This document shows, one piece after another, positions 44,565 through 53,623 of a DNA stretch of 64,000 bases. Location of the stretch: positions 3,200,001 through 3,264,000 of the forward strand of contig OZ245015.1 of the NCBI GenBank assembly GCA_965223705.1. Direction: 5' to 3'. This DNA is from Myxococcota bacterium (GTDB lineage: Bacteria; Myxococcota_A; UBA9160; UBA6930). Both the position numbers and the translations under genes were made by a program. A model generated the notes under the pieces. That model saw only the letters and a list, made by a program, of their open reading frames with translations. It did not search any database and was not told the DNA's origin. Every line of letters begins with the position of its first letter. The stretch's first letter is position 1.

Positions 44565-46136
44565 GTGGCGAAACGGAGCTTCGTCGACGACAACGAGCGC
44601 GGCGTCCTCGCGGCCGTCTCTCGTCTCGCGACATCGAACCCGTTCCTTCCGGACCGCGTCGACGACGAGCGGAAAGCGCTCGGGAAAGCCTTCGTACGCT
44701 ACGCGCCCGTGTGGCACATGGACGGCAGACTCGAGGGGATCAACCCCAACCTCGAACCTTTGCGTCGTCTGACGGAGGAGCTCGCCGAAGCTCTACGAGG
44801 ACGCCTCCTATCCGGTGCGAGAGCGACGCGGGAAGAGCTGCAGCTCTACGAGGGCTTTGTTCGACACCTGCTCTTCTACCGGTACCACGCCGACCTCACC
44901 GAACTCATCACCGACCGCGAGCGCGGCAAGAAGGCGACGCAACGCGTCGCGCGCTGGGATTCTTTCGAAGCGGACTACTCACATTTTCTGGTCCTCGACG
45001 GAATTGAATTCCCCGTCGCCATCGACGCCGCCCACGTGTTTGCTTGGGGCTTCCAGATACGCCGCGCGTTCCACCACATCTACTGGCAGATCTACGGAAG
45101 TTCCGCCTGCATGGCCGATCTACGGGCGGCCGTCTGGCGCTCGATCTTCACGCACGACATCGACCGCTACCGGCGTTCGCTCTACGACAAGATGTCGGAC
45201 ATCCCAACGCTCGTGCTCGGCGAATCCGGCACGGGCAAAGAACTGGTGTCGCGCGCGATCGGAATGAGCCGCTACATACCGTTCGACCCGGTCAAGAAAG
45301 CGTTTGTCGCGGACTTTGCGGAAGGCCACCAGGCCGTGAATCTGCAGGCGCTTTCTTCATCGCTCGTCGAGTCAGAACTGTTCGGGCACAAACGCGGCGC
45401 CTTTACAGGCGCGGACATCGACCGTGCGGGATGGCTCGAATCGTGCGGTCCGTTTGGGACGATCTTTCTCGACGAAGTCGGCGACCTCGATCCTTCGATT
45501 CAAGTGAAATTGCTGCGTGTCTTGCAGGATCGCGTGTTTCAGCGGATCGGCGAGGTCGAGGATCGCCGCTTCGATGGAAAGATCGTCGCGGCGACGAACC
45601 GAGATCTGCGAGAAGAACGCGACCGGGGGCGCTTCCGCGACGATCTCTACTATCGGCTCTGTGCGGACGTGATTCGAACACCCACGCTTCGCGACCAGCT
45701 TCGCGACGATGTGTCCGAGTTGCGGTCACTCGTTCGAAACGTCTCGCAACGGTTCGTCGCGAGTGAAGCGGATGCCCTCACCGACGAAGTCGTCACCTGG
45801 ATCGGCGAGCACCTGCCGCCGAACTACACCTGGCCGGGGAACGTACGAGAGCTCGAACAATGCGTGCGGAGCATTCTCGTCCAGGGCCGCTACACACCGG
45901 GCGGTTCCGCACGCGAAACAGGCATCGCATCGACCATCGAGCGCGGCGAAGCCACGGCGGAAGAACTCCTGCGGGAGTACGCCACCCAGGTCTACGCGCG
46001 GGTCGGAAGCTATGAAGCGACGGCACGTGTGCTCGGGCTCGATCGACGTACGGTCAAAGCGAAGATCGACCGCGCGCGGCTCGAGCAGTTGCACGCCTCG
46101 CCAGAGGCCCGACCCCGGCGAGCCAAGAACCGATAA
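44565..46136 (+). CDS. Sigma54-dependent transcriptional activator (bEBP) with an unrecognised N-terminal domain
   Basis: Motifs GESGTGKE, ESELFGHKRGAFTGA, FLDEVG, QVKLLRVLQ and WPGNVRELE, with a C-terminal HTH (TARVLGLDRRTV). Confidence 0.92.
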   Translation: MAKRSFVDDNERGVLAAVSRLATSNPFLPDRVDDERKALGKAFVRYAPVWHMDGRLEGINPNLEPLRRLTEELAEALRGRLLSGARATREELQLYEGFVRHLLFYRYHADLTELITDRERGKKATQRVARWDSFEADYSHFLVLDGIEFPVAIDAAHVFAWGFQIRRAFHHIYWQIYGSSACMADLRAAVWRSIFTHDIDRYRRSLYDKMSDIPTLVLGESGTGKELVSRAIGMSRYIPFDPVKKAFVADFAEGHQAVNLQALSSSLVESELFGHKRGAFTGADIDRAGWLESCGPFGTIFLDEVGDLDPSIQVKLLRVLQDRVFQRIGEVEDRRFDGKIVAATNRDLREERDRGRFRDDLYYRLCADVIRTPTLRDQLRDDVSELRSLVRNVSQRFVASEADALTDEVVTWIGEHLPPNYTWPGNVRELEQCVRSILVQGRYTPGGSARETGIASTIERGEATAEELLREYATQVYARVGSYEATARVLGLDRRTVKAKIDRARLEQLHASPEARPRRAKNR

Positions 46137-47379
46137 TCGGCAACAACCCGGGTACGACCCGCAACGTTCCGCTCGCGGCGACGACTCCGCCCTGGGAGAC
46201 GAGCCACAAACCCCACGAGAGGAGACCCGCGCCCATCAACAACCGCGGTGCCGAGGGCTCGGCCGCTCGCGGACGGGGCCGCTCGAAACGCGCCAGAAAA
46301 GGAACGCTCGCCAGGAGTGCCGTCGCGAAGATCGCGAGCCAAACCGGACGCGAAGCCCACCAGAGCGCGCTGTCGGGCACGACGTCGAGTCCGATCCCGC
46401 CGAGCAGCATCACCGCCGCGAACACGACGATCATCGCAGTCATGTGCCAGAGGTAGACCGTCATGATCATCCCGTTCACAAGGATCGTCGCCGTCCACGC
46501 GTTCACGTTCGTCAACCACCGGGCGATCCGGTTTTCGAGGCGCAGCACGATCCCCATCTGTGTCACGCCCAGAGCGAGGAGCGCCAAGCTCGGGGGAGAG
46601 GAGTTCGAAACGATCTCGCCCGGCCCCCCAACCATCGCCAGCGGATAGGGACCGAAGCGGATCAGGCAAGCCGTCGCGAGCGCGCCCCCCGCGGCCCAGA
46701 GAAGGGGTCGACGGATCCTCCCTGCATGCCATGCGAAGCCCAGCTGATGAACCGCGAGCCACACGAAGGCGTAGTTGGCGTAGCGAAGGCCCGGAACATT
46801 CAGTCCGAAGCCCGCACCATCGACGACAATCGCGGCGGCGACGAGAAAAGCGACAGAGCCCATTTCGAAACGGCGCCAAGCCCACGCGCAGGCCGGGACA
46901 GTCATACCGATCGCGATGTACACGGCGAGGAACCAGATCGGAACGAGCGCCGCTTGTGTGGTTTCGTGCACCAGTTTCGGATCGGCGCCGATCGCGACAA
47001 CGGCCAATCCGAGTCCGACCCAGAGCAAAAGGACCGGAAGCACGGGCGCGAACAAGCGTTCGAGACGACTCGCCAACCACGCGCTCTTCGGGGTTCCCTT
47101 GCGTCGCGCGGCCTCCCACGCGACCGCGTTCGCGTAGCCGCCCACGAAGAAGAAGATCGGCATCACCTGCACGAACAAGGTCAGCCACTGCGTCCAGGGT
47201 GCGAGAGCGAGCATGTGCCCGGGCACCAATCGACCGGCGTCGAGGTACGGCGCCGAGACCAGCCAGTGACCGAGAATGACGACCGCGATGGAAATCGCGC
47301 GCAAGAAATCGACGGTTCGGTTCCGGCTTGCAGGGGTCGCCTCAGCAAGGGTTCGGGCTCGTGTCCACAGGCTCTTCAT
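46054..47379 (-). CDS. Acyltransferase-3 (OafA-like) integral membrane protein
   Basis: Motifs RNRTVDFLRAISIAVVILGHW, QVMPIFFFVGG and MTVYLWH, with many hydrophobic helices. AGGAGA RBS. Confidence 0.88.
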   Translation of the reverse strand: MKSLWTRARTLAEATPASRNRTVDFLRAISIAVVILGHWLVSAPYLDAGRLVPGHMLALAPWTQWLTLFVQVMPIFFFVGGYANAVAWEAARRKGTPKSAWLASRLERLFAPVLPVLLLWVGLGLAVVAIGADPKLVHETTQAALVPIWFLAVYIAIGMTVPACAWAWRRFEMGSVAFLVAAAIVVDGAGFGLNVPGLRYANYAFVWLAVHQLGFAWHAGRIRRPLLWAAGGALATACLIRFGPYPLAMVGGPGEIVSNSSPPSLALLALGVTQMGIVLRLENRIARWLTNVNAWTATILVNGMIMTVYLWHMTAMIVVFAAVMLLGGIGLDVVPDSALWWASRPVWLAIFATALLASVPFLARFERPRPRAAEPSAPRLLMGAGLLSWGLWLVSQGGVVAASGTLRVVPGLLPIIGSWLAGVGPLARRATARAARGRSSL

Positions 47380-47408
47380 CGCTCTCTCCTTTTCCGTGAG
47401 CGATCTAG

Positions 47409-47425
47409 AGCAGGAAGCGTGCCGG
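47409..47425 (-). promoter_or_regulatory. Sigma54 (-24/-12) promoter of the acyltransferase gene
   Basis: Minus strand CCGGCACGCTTCCTGCT has GG-N10-GC spacing and is close to the TGGCACG-N4-TTGCW consensus. Confidence 0.8.
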
Positions 47426-47442
47426 AGAATAAAGTCTTTTAA

Positions 47443-47455
47443 AATCAGATAGTTA
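47443..47455 (+). promoter_or_regulatory. IHF-binding site
   Basis: AATCAGATAGTTA matches WATCARNNNNTTR and lies in an AT-rich tract just upstream of the sigma54 site. Confidence 0.7.
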
Positions 47456-47489
47456 CAGAATACTTCGGAGCTGCCTCTCGAAACAACTC

Positions 47490-47524
47490 TACATCCAATG
47501 ATCGGTCGCTGTTCAATAGATGTA
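47490..47524. promoter_or_regulatory. Imperfect palindrome, candidate upstream activator sequence
   Basis: TACATCCAATGA-N11-TCAATAGATGTA, with 10 of 12 positions complementary. Confidence 0.5.
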
Positions 47525-47535
47525 TGTCCGGTTCA

Positions 47536-47943
47536 CTACGAGACCGGTCGGAACTGGGGCAACCACAGGCCGTCGCCCGCATCCTCGAATGTCACTTCGA
47601 CCGGCAGATCGGCGCACACGTCTTCGTGAGCGATGCCCAGGAGATTGCTGATCATCGAAATTCCCTCGTCGAGGGCGATCTGAGCCACCACGTACGGGAC
47701 GTAGTCACGAAAGCCTTCGTAATAAACCTGATGCATCCGCCCCCAAGACCAGACCGCCCCGCGCCCCGAAAGTTCGGCCCACTCGAAATCCGTGGAGCCG
47801 CAGTACGGAGAAACCGGTCCGGGTGGAAACCAAAAGCGGCCCGTCGTCAGGCAGCGTTGGGCAACGAGTCGCCGCTCTCGGCAAGCCTTCCAAAACGGTC
47901 GGTTCCAGGCGTTCATCACCGGACGCGGTCGCTCGGCGCGCAT
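47536..47943 (-). CDS. DUF35 Zn-ribbon/OB-fold protein
   Basis: Motifs PFWKACRERRLVAQRC, LSGRGAVWSW, PYVVAQIALDEG and DLPVEVTF. TGATG overlap with the thiolase stop. Confidence 0.85.
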   Translation of the reverse strand: MRAERPRPVMNAWNRPFWKACRERRLVAQRCLTTGRFWFPPGPVSPYCGSTDFEWAELSGRGAVWSWGRMHQVYYEGFRDYVPYVVAQIALDEGISMISNLLGIAHEDVCADLPVEVTFEDAGDGLWLPQFRPVS

Positions 47944-49061
47944 CAGGCCCTCCGCAGGATTGCGGTGGTCAAGATGTTCGCCGCGCACGCGTACTGGATG
48001 GCTTCGCAATCTGGAATCTGCAGATTGGCTTCGCGCCGGCACTGACGTACCGCTTCGACCATCAGCGCCCAGCCCTGCATGTAGCTCTCCGAAAGATGCC
48101 CACCGTTCGTGTTCGTCGGCCAACGCCCGCGGCCGTGCTCGAGCGTACCGTCGCGAACGAATGCCCCGCCCTCGCCCTGTTCGCAGAACCCGAGACCTTC
48201 GAGGGTAAAGATCACCGTCGGTGTAAAATTGTCGTAGATCATCAAACCCGACAGCGCGTCCTGCGCGATCCCCGACCGTTCGTAGACCTGCCTGCCGATG
48301 TTCTGCAGCGCGGGAAACCAGTAGTCCGTCCGAGCGTAGGAAGCGGTCTCGAACGCGTCTTGCCGCGCAAAGCCACTCAAATAAACCGGGGGCTTACGCA
48401 GGTCGCGCGCCCGCGCAGCATTCGTAACGATCAGCGCGACGCCGCCGTCGTTGATCAAGCAGTAGTCGAGCAGATGCAGTGGCTCGCAGATCATGCGCGA
48501 TTTCTGATGATCTTCGATCGTGATGGGCGTTCTCATCACGGCTTTCGGGTTCGACGCGGCGTGCTTGCGGAACGCCACGGCGATCGACGCGAGATCTTCC
48601 GATCGCGTCCCGAACTCGATCTGGTGCCTGCGGAACATCAAAGCGTGGAGCGCCCCGGGTGACGTGAGGCCCCACGGCGACCAGGGCCATTGTCCGTCCT
48701 CGCCGCCGTACCGAACGCCCGCGGATTTGCCGTTGTTCCCATAGACCAAAGCTACGGTATCCGCCGCCCCGGAAGCGATCGCGTTCGTAGCCAATTGCAG
48801 GGACCCCCCGGCGAAACGTCCCTCGCCGGGCGTCGGCACCGTAAAGCGCGGCCGAAGGCCCGACATTTCGGCGAAGCGTTCGTAGGGGATTCGGTTGGTG
48901 ATCAATCCGTCGATATCGGAGAGGCCGATTCCCGCGTCGACGCATGCCTCATTGAGCGCTTCCAATCCCAACCCGAACGCGTCGGTCTCGGGGAAGACGC
49001 CGTAGGACGTCGTGCCCACGCCGACGAACGCGATTCGGTCGCGCAGCGGCCAGTCACTCAT
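47943..49061 (-). CDS. Thiolase-like (SCP-x/lipid-transfer type) protein
   Basis: Motifs IAFVGVG, HAASNPKA, PLHLLDYCLINDGG, IYDNFT and NTNGGHLSE. No catalytic Cys at the usual position. Confidence 0.88.
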   Translation of the reverse strand: MSDWPLRDRIAFVGVGTTSYGVFPETDAFGLGLEALNEACVDAGIGLSDIDGLITNRIPYERFAEMSGLRPRFTVPTPGEGRFAGGSLQLATNAIASGAADTVALVYGNNGKSAGVRYGGEDGQWPWSPWGLTSPGALHALMFRRHQIEFGTRSEDLASIAVAFRKHAASNPKAVMRTPITIEDHQKSRMICEPLHLLDYCLINDGGVALIVTNAARARDLRKPPVYLSGFARQDAFETASYARTDYWFPALQNIGRQVYERSGIAQDALSGLMIYDNFTPTVIFTLEGLGFCEQGEGGAFVRDGTLEHGRGRWPTNTNGGHLSESYMQGWALMVEAVRQCRREANLQIPDCEAIQYACAANILTTAILRRA

Positions 49062-50631
49062 GGGACGACCCCTCTTCCCAATAGTCGTAAAAATTGAACC
49101 AGTTCAACGGTTCGCTTCGCGCGTGATGTTCGAGCCGCTCGGCGAAGCGCTGAACCGTGGCCGTCTTCGCCGGCAGATCGCCGCGTCGTGGCCACTCGAT
49201 GCTGTCGGAGAAAGTCTCACACCGGAGTTCGTAGTGGTCGGGATCGCGGTAGACGTTGAAGACGAGGAGTACCGGGCAACCGATGACGGAAGCCACGGAG
49301 AATGCACCGGTCGGGAAGCGCGCTTGGCTGCCGAGAAAGTTCACCGAAACAGATTCTCCCCCCGGTACGACGCGGTCACCCAGAAACGCCACCAGTTCCC
49401 CGTCTTGAACCCGACGACGTACTTCGAGCAGATGGTCGATTTCGCCGGGGCGGATGCGGATGACACGGCGTGCGAGCTCCGGGGCGAGGCTCTCGAAGAT
49501 CGCATACGACATCGCCGTGTTGTCGAACCAGGCCACGATCGACAGCGGAACATCGTCCTCCTCGGCGGCCGCGCGAAGCGCCTCATACGACCCGAAATGC
49601 GCCCCGACGAGAATGGCGCCCTGGCCAGAGCGACGCAGGCGCGCCACGTGTTCATGGCCCACGCGCGAGATCCTGAAACGATCGAGATCACCGCGCAGAA
49701 AGAAGATGCGGTCGGTCGCGCAGAACGCAAAGGTGCGAACATGTCGGTACACCGAGAGGAGCGTCGGGGGGACCCCGACGCGGCGCAGATAGCGGCGAGA
49801 GTTTCTGCGGAGCTCCGGGTCTGTCAGCACGTAGTACGCAGCGACGAACCACAGGACGAAGCGAATCGGTGCCCGCCCGAAGTAGCGACAAATGAAGAGC
49901 ACCAATCGCACACTCCGCACTCCGCCCTTCTCCGCCCGGGACATCCAGTCGCCCGATGCGGTGCCCGCGAACAAGCGCGCAAGGTTGCGATCGATCCAGC
50001 CGGGACCGAAACGTCGGAAGAGGAAGCGCCGTACGACGAACTCGACGGCGAAGAACAAGCCGATCCAAACGTAGGCCAGAAAACCGGTGTAGAAGGCCCA
50101 CCAGGAGAGCGGCGCAAACGCCGCGAGGAGCGCGCAAAGAGCCCCGTTTGCGGCGAAGAACAGACACCACGCTCGGGTCAGCGACGTGCAGTAGCGCACC
50201 TCGTCGGGTGACAAATCGCCGTCGATCTGACGCGCAACGTCTTCGACGAGCGTGGTCGGCCGGCGGAGTGAGCGCGCGAATATGAACAACAGGGTCGCGT
50301 TCATCAACACTGGGAAGAGCAAGAGGAACAGGGCATCTCGCGTCCACGCCGCCACCGCGCCGAGCGCGATCGCGGGCGCGAGCGATACCAACCCCTGGGT
50401 CCACCCGAGGGAGTTCGCGCGGCGAGTCGCAGCGACGATCGCGACCCGGAGCCCCAACGCCGCGAGTAGCCACAGGGCGACCAGACGCGTTCCCCAATGT
50501 GTCAATCCCGTATAGACGATCAGCGGGTAGGCCACCGCGAAGACGGTGGCTAGGGTCGCGAGAACCGAGTGACGGCGTGGAGCGGGACTTTCCGAAAGTG
50601 CACGCGCGGGGAGGTCGACCTCGGAGCTCAC
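49054..50631 (-). CDS. Fusion of a COG4648-like membrane protein and an LpxL/LPLAT-type acyltransferase
   Basis: N-half AYPLIVY...PVLMNA...YCTSLTRAWCLFFAANG...WWAFYTGF...EFVVRR. C-half GAILVGAHFGSYE, GELVAFLGDR, FLGSQARFPTG and PLNWFNFYDYW. GTG start overlaps the upstream stop (GTGA). Confidence 0.78.
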   Translation of the reverse strand: MSSEVDLPARALSESPAPRRHSVLATLATVFAVAYPLIVYTGLTHWGTRLVALWLLAALGLRVAIVAATRRANSLGWTQGLVSLAPAIALGAVAAWTRDALFLLLFPVLMNATLLFIFARSLRRPTTLVEDVARQIDGDLSPDEVRYCTSLTRAWCLFFAANGALCALLAAFAPLSWWAFYTGFLAYVWIGLFFAVEFVVRRFLFRRFGPGWIDRNLARLFAGTASGDWMSRAEKGGVRSVRLVLFICRYFGRAPIRFVLWFVAAYYVLTDPELRRNSRRYLRRVGVPPTLLSVYRHVRTFAFCATDRIFFLRGDLDRFRISRVGHEHVARLRRSGQGAILVGAHFGSYEALRAAAEEDDVPLSIVAWFDNTAMSYAIFESLAPELARRVIRIRPGEIDHLLEVRRRVQDGELVAFLGDRVVPGGESVSVNFLGSQARFPTGAFSVASVIGCPVLLVFNVYRDPDHYELRCETFSDSIEWPRRGDLPAKTATVQRFAERLEHHARSEPLNWFNFYDYWEEGSSHE

Positions 50632-51632
50632 GGGTTTTCCGGCGAGCTCCCGAGTGCACGCTCGAGCGCGGCCCACTCATCTTGTCGCCAGCGCCGCGAA
50701 AGCGCCGACTCCGAGACGAACATGTTCGACCCGTGGAAGGCCCCGGGGTATACGTGCAGTTCGGTGGGAACGCCGGCGCGCATCAGTGCCTGGGCGTATG
50801 CGACGTCTTCGTCGAGAAACAAATCGAGATCGCCGACGTTGATGTACGCGGGAGGCAGACCGGAAACGTCGCTCGCGCGGGCCGGGGCGGCGTACGGCGA
50901 GACGTCCTTGCCACCCGCTTGGCCGGCGAGATAGGCCGACCAGCCGAGTTCATTCGCTGTGCGGTTCCACAAGCGTGGATCGACGATCGCGTAACTACTC
51001 GCCGTCTCGTTGCGATCGTCCAACATCGGGAAGACCAGAAATTGAAAGCACAGCGGGACTTCGCCGCGGTCCCTCGCGATGAGCGCGCATCCGGCCGCCA
51101 AGCCGCCTCCGGCGCTCGCTCCGCCGATCGCCAATCGCGTCGGGTCGACCCCGAGGCGACCCGCGTTCTGGTGAAGCCAGCGAAGACCCGCGTAGCAATC
51201 TTCCACGGGCGCCGGGAACGGGTGTTCCGGCGCAAGCCGGTACTCGACGGACGCCACGACCGCCCGGAGACGCGCGGCGCGCGCGATGCACAGATCGTCA
51301 TCGTGATCGACAGCGCCGAGGACCATTCCGCCCCCGTGAATCCAGTACAACGCCGGGGCTTCCGCCGGGAGTCCGGCGGGGCGATAGATGCGAACCGGGA
51401 CTTCGGGATCACCCGGAGGTCCGGGAGCCGTATGGTCCTCGACGACCATGCCGTCGGGCACTTCGCCCTTGCGCAGTGCGCGACGCGATTCATCGAAGCT
51501 GGCACGGGTCCGCGGAATGTCGCTGAGGTCGAGAAAATCCCGCGGAATCGCTTCGAGGACAGCGCGATGAGCGTCGTCCAATCGAGCTAGTAGTGCTTCT
51601 TCCGTCAACGCCGGCGCTGTCTGTGTAGCCAA
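50628..51632 (-). CDS. Alpha/beta hydrolase (HSL-family esterase)
   Basis: Motifs HGGG, VEYRLAPEHPFP, GASAGG, DLFLDE and YPGAFHG. Confidence 0.92.
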   Translation of the reverse strand: MATQTAPALTEEALLARLDDAHRAVLEAIPRDFLDLSDIPRTRASFDESRRALRKGEVPDGMVVEDHTAPGPPGDPEVPVRIYRPAGLPAEAPALYWIHGGGMVLGAVDHDDDLCIARAARLRAVVASVEYRLAPEHPFPAPVEDCYAGLRWLHQNAGRLGVDPTRLAIGGASAGGGLAAGCALIARDRGEVPLCFQFLVFPMLDDRNETASSYAIVDPRLWNRTANELGWSAYLAGQAGGKDVSPYAAPARASDVSGLPPAYINVGDLDLFLDEDVAYAQALMRAGVPTELHVYPGAFHGSNMFVSESALSRRWRQDEWAALERALGSSPENP

Positions 51633-51701
51633 CGAAACCCCTCCTCGTGCGCTGGTATCCGACGATAGCGCGAGGCGTTCGTTCGGCTCGACAGATCGCG
51701 G

Positions 51702-52409
51702 CTACGCGGCGTCGTGGAAAATCACGCCGAGCGCAAAGCGGCGGCCCGCGTCGACCGGGCTCACGCCGTGCCGCAGCGACGCGCGCAACATCCCGCGCGC
51801 CCCCTGCACCGGCCGCCACGAATTCGCGAACAGGATGAGCTCACCGTAACTGGGGGCCAGCGCCACGCCGCGAGATTGCTGACGTGCTCGATTCTCGACC
51901 ACGAGAAATTCGCCGCCGCGAAAATCCCGACCCGGGCGGCTCAACAGCACCATCGCCTGGAGTGGAAACGCGACGTCCCCATAGAGGTCGCGGTGGAGAC
52001 AGTTGAAGCCGTCCGTCTCGTAGCGGAGAAGTAGCGGGGTCGGCCGCATTTGGCCCGCGCGATGACAGCGTTCGATAAATTCGGGCAATCGCGCCGGAAA
52101 CCTCTCCCTTTCGCCCACTGCGCGATTCCAGCGGTTCGCTGTCGGGGCGAGGCGCCGGTAGAGCCCGTTGCGCAGCGTCGCCACGAGCTTCGGCAAAGGC
52201 TCGTCGAAGTACGCGTAGTCCCCGACGCCGAACCGGTGGCGCGCCATCTCGACGCGTTTGCGGAACCGCCGATCTTCCCCATACAACGCGACAAGCGCCT
52301 CGCATTCCGCGGCTTCGAGGAGAGGGCCCGCTCTCGCGCACCCGCGGGCATCGAGCTCAGCTTCGATCGCCGGCCACGACAAGGCTTCGATGCGCGCGGC
52401 GAGCGTCAA
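51702..52409 (-). CDS. 2OG-Fe(II) oxygenase (DUF2086-like)
   Basis: Motifs RPTPLLLRY, LHRDLYG, FPLQ, RHGVS and LGVIFHDA. Overlaps the ada stop. Confidence 0.85.
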   Translation of the reverse strand: MTLAARIEALSWPAIEAELDARGCARAGPLLEAAECEALVALYGEDRRFRKRVEMARHRFGVGDYAYFDEPLPKLVATLRNGLYRRLAPTANRWNRAVGERERFPARLPEFIERCHRAGQMRPTPLLLRYETDGFNCLHRDLYGDVAFPLQAMVLLSRPGRDFRGGEFLVVENRARQQSRGVALAPSYGELILFANSWRPVQGARGMLRASLRHGVSPVDAGRRFALGVIFHDAA

Positions 52410-53482
52410 CGCGCTCGCTCGAGGTCGAGTAGCCGTCTCTTACGCTCCTCGCCCCAACGGTAGCCGCCGAGCCCCCCGCTCTTCGGAACCACGCGATGAC
52501 ACGGCACGGCGAGAGCGACCGGGTTGGTCGCACACGCTCGCGCGACGGCGCGCACCGCCCTGGGATTGCCCAAGCGACGCGCGACATCACTGTAGGAAGC
52601 GGTCTCGCCTTCCGGAATGCGGGAGATCGCGTCCCACACCCGGCGTTGAAAGGCCGTAGCCCGGACATCGAGCGGTAGCGCCGGCAGTCGAGACGTCCCG
52701 GCGAGGTAGGCCAGCAGTGCCTCGAGCGGTTCTCGCAGGCCCGCTTCGCCGCGGCGAATGGACGCGCCGGGGAACTCGTCGCGCAGTTCCGCAACAAGCG
52801 CTCGTGCCCGCTCGCCGAGGCGTACAGCGCATAAGCCCCGTTCCGTACTCGCGACGAGCAGATAACCGCCGATCGGACTTCGAACGGTGACGTAGCGAAT
52901 CGCTTCTCCCGAGCCGCCCCGACGATAGGACGAGGGCGTCATGCCGAGGCGTGCGCGGTCCGTTTCGTAGGCGCGACTGGTCGAGCCGTATCCGGCCTCG
53001 AAGATCGCTTCGACGACCGAGCCTCCCCCTGCGAGCTGCTCCCGGAGGCAGCCTTGGCGAAGTGCGTCCGCGTACTGACGGGGCGAGATGCCGACGGCGC
53101 TCTTGAAGACGCGCTGAAAATGGCTCGGGCTCAACCCGACGAGGCCCCCGAGCTCCTCCAGCGTCGGAATCCGACCGGCATTCGTCTGGATGTGGCGACA
53201 CGCCGCGAGAATCTTCGCGAGCCCGGCGCCATCCGCCTCCGACGCGGGATCGCAGCGCTTGCAGGGCCGGAAGCCGGCAGCCTGGGCGCCCTCCGGGGTG
53301 TCGAAGAACCGCGCGTTCTCCCGCCGCGGACGCCGACTCGGGCACGTCGGTAGGCAGAAGACTCCGGTGGTCTCGACGGCATAGACAAAGGAAGCGACCC
53401 CGGACGCGTCGCGCCGAAGGACCGCGGACCAACGATCATCGTCCGTCTCGGTTCGATTCACGGGTAACAGAGAAGCGGCCAT
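52406..53482 (-). CDS. ada: Bifunctional Ada transcriptional activator / O6-methylguanine-DNA methyltransferase
   Basis: Zn site FCLPTC...GFRPCKRC, AraC HTH and the PCHRV active site. Confidence 0.95.
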   Translation of the reverse strand: MAASLLPVNRTETDDDRWSAVLRRDASGVASFVYAVETTGVFCLPTCPSRRPRRENARFFDTPEGAQAAGFRPCKRCDPASEADGAGLAKILAACRHIQTNAGRIPTLEELGGLVGLSPSHFQRVFKSAVGISPRQYADALRQGCLREQLAGGGSVVEAIFEAGYGSTSRAYETDRARLGMTPSSYRRGGSGEAIRYVTVRSPIGGYLLVASTERGLCAVRLGERARALVAELRDEFPGASIRRGEAGLREPLEALLAYLAGTSRLPALPLDVRATAFQRRVWDAISRIPEGETASYSDVARRLGNPRAVRAVARACATNPVALAVPCHRVVPKSGGLGGYRWGEERKRRLLDLERAR

Positions 53483-53564
53483 GGTGAGCTCCCTCGGAAT
53501 TCATGAGTCATTCTCGACCCACTCGGGAAGCGTGGAACATCTCCCAAATGAAGCGATCCGGTTC

Positions 53565-53577
53565 TTGCGATCGAATT
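53565..53577 (-). promoter_or_regulatory. Ada box
   Basis: Minus strand AAT-TCGATC-GCAA matches A-box AAT, N6, B-box GCAA, about 85 nt upstream of ada. Confidence 0.7.
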
Positions 53578-53623
53578 CAGGATAGCCCGGCTAGAATCGC
53601 GGTGACTGCCGAGGAGGAGCGCC

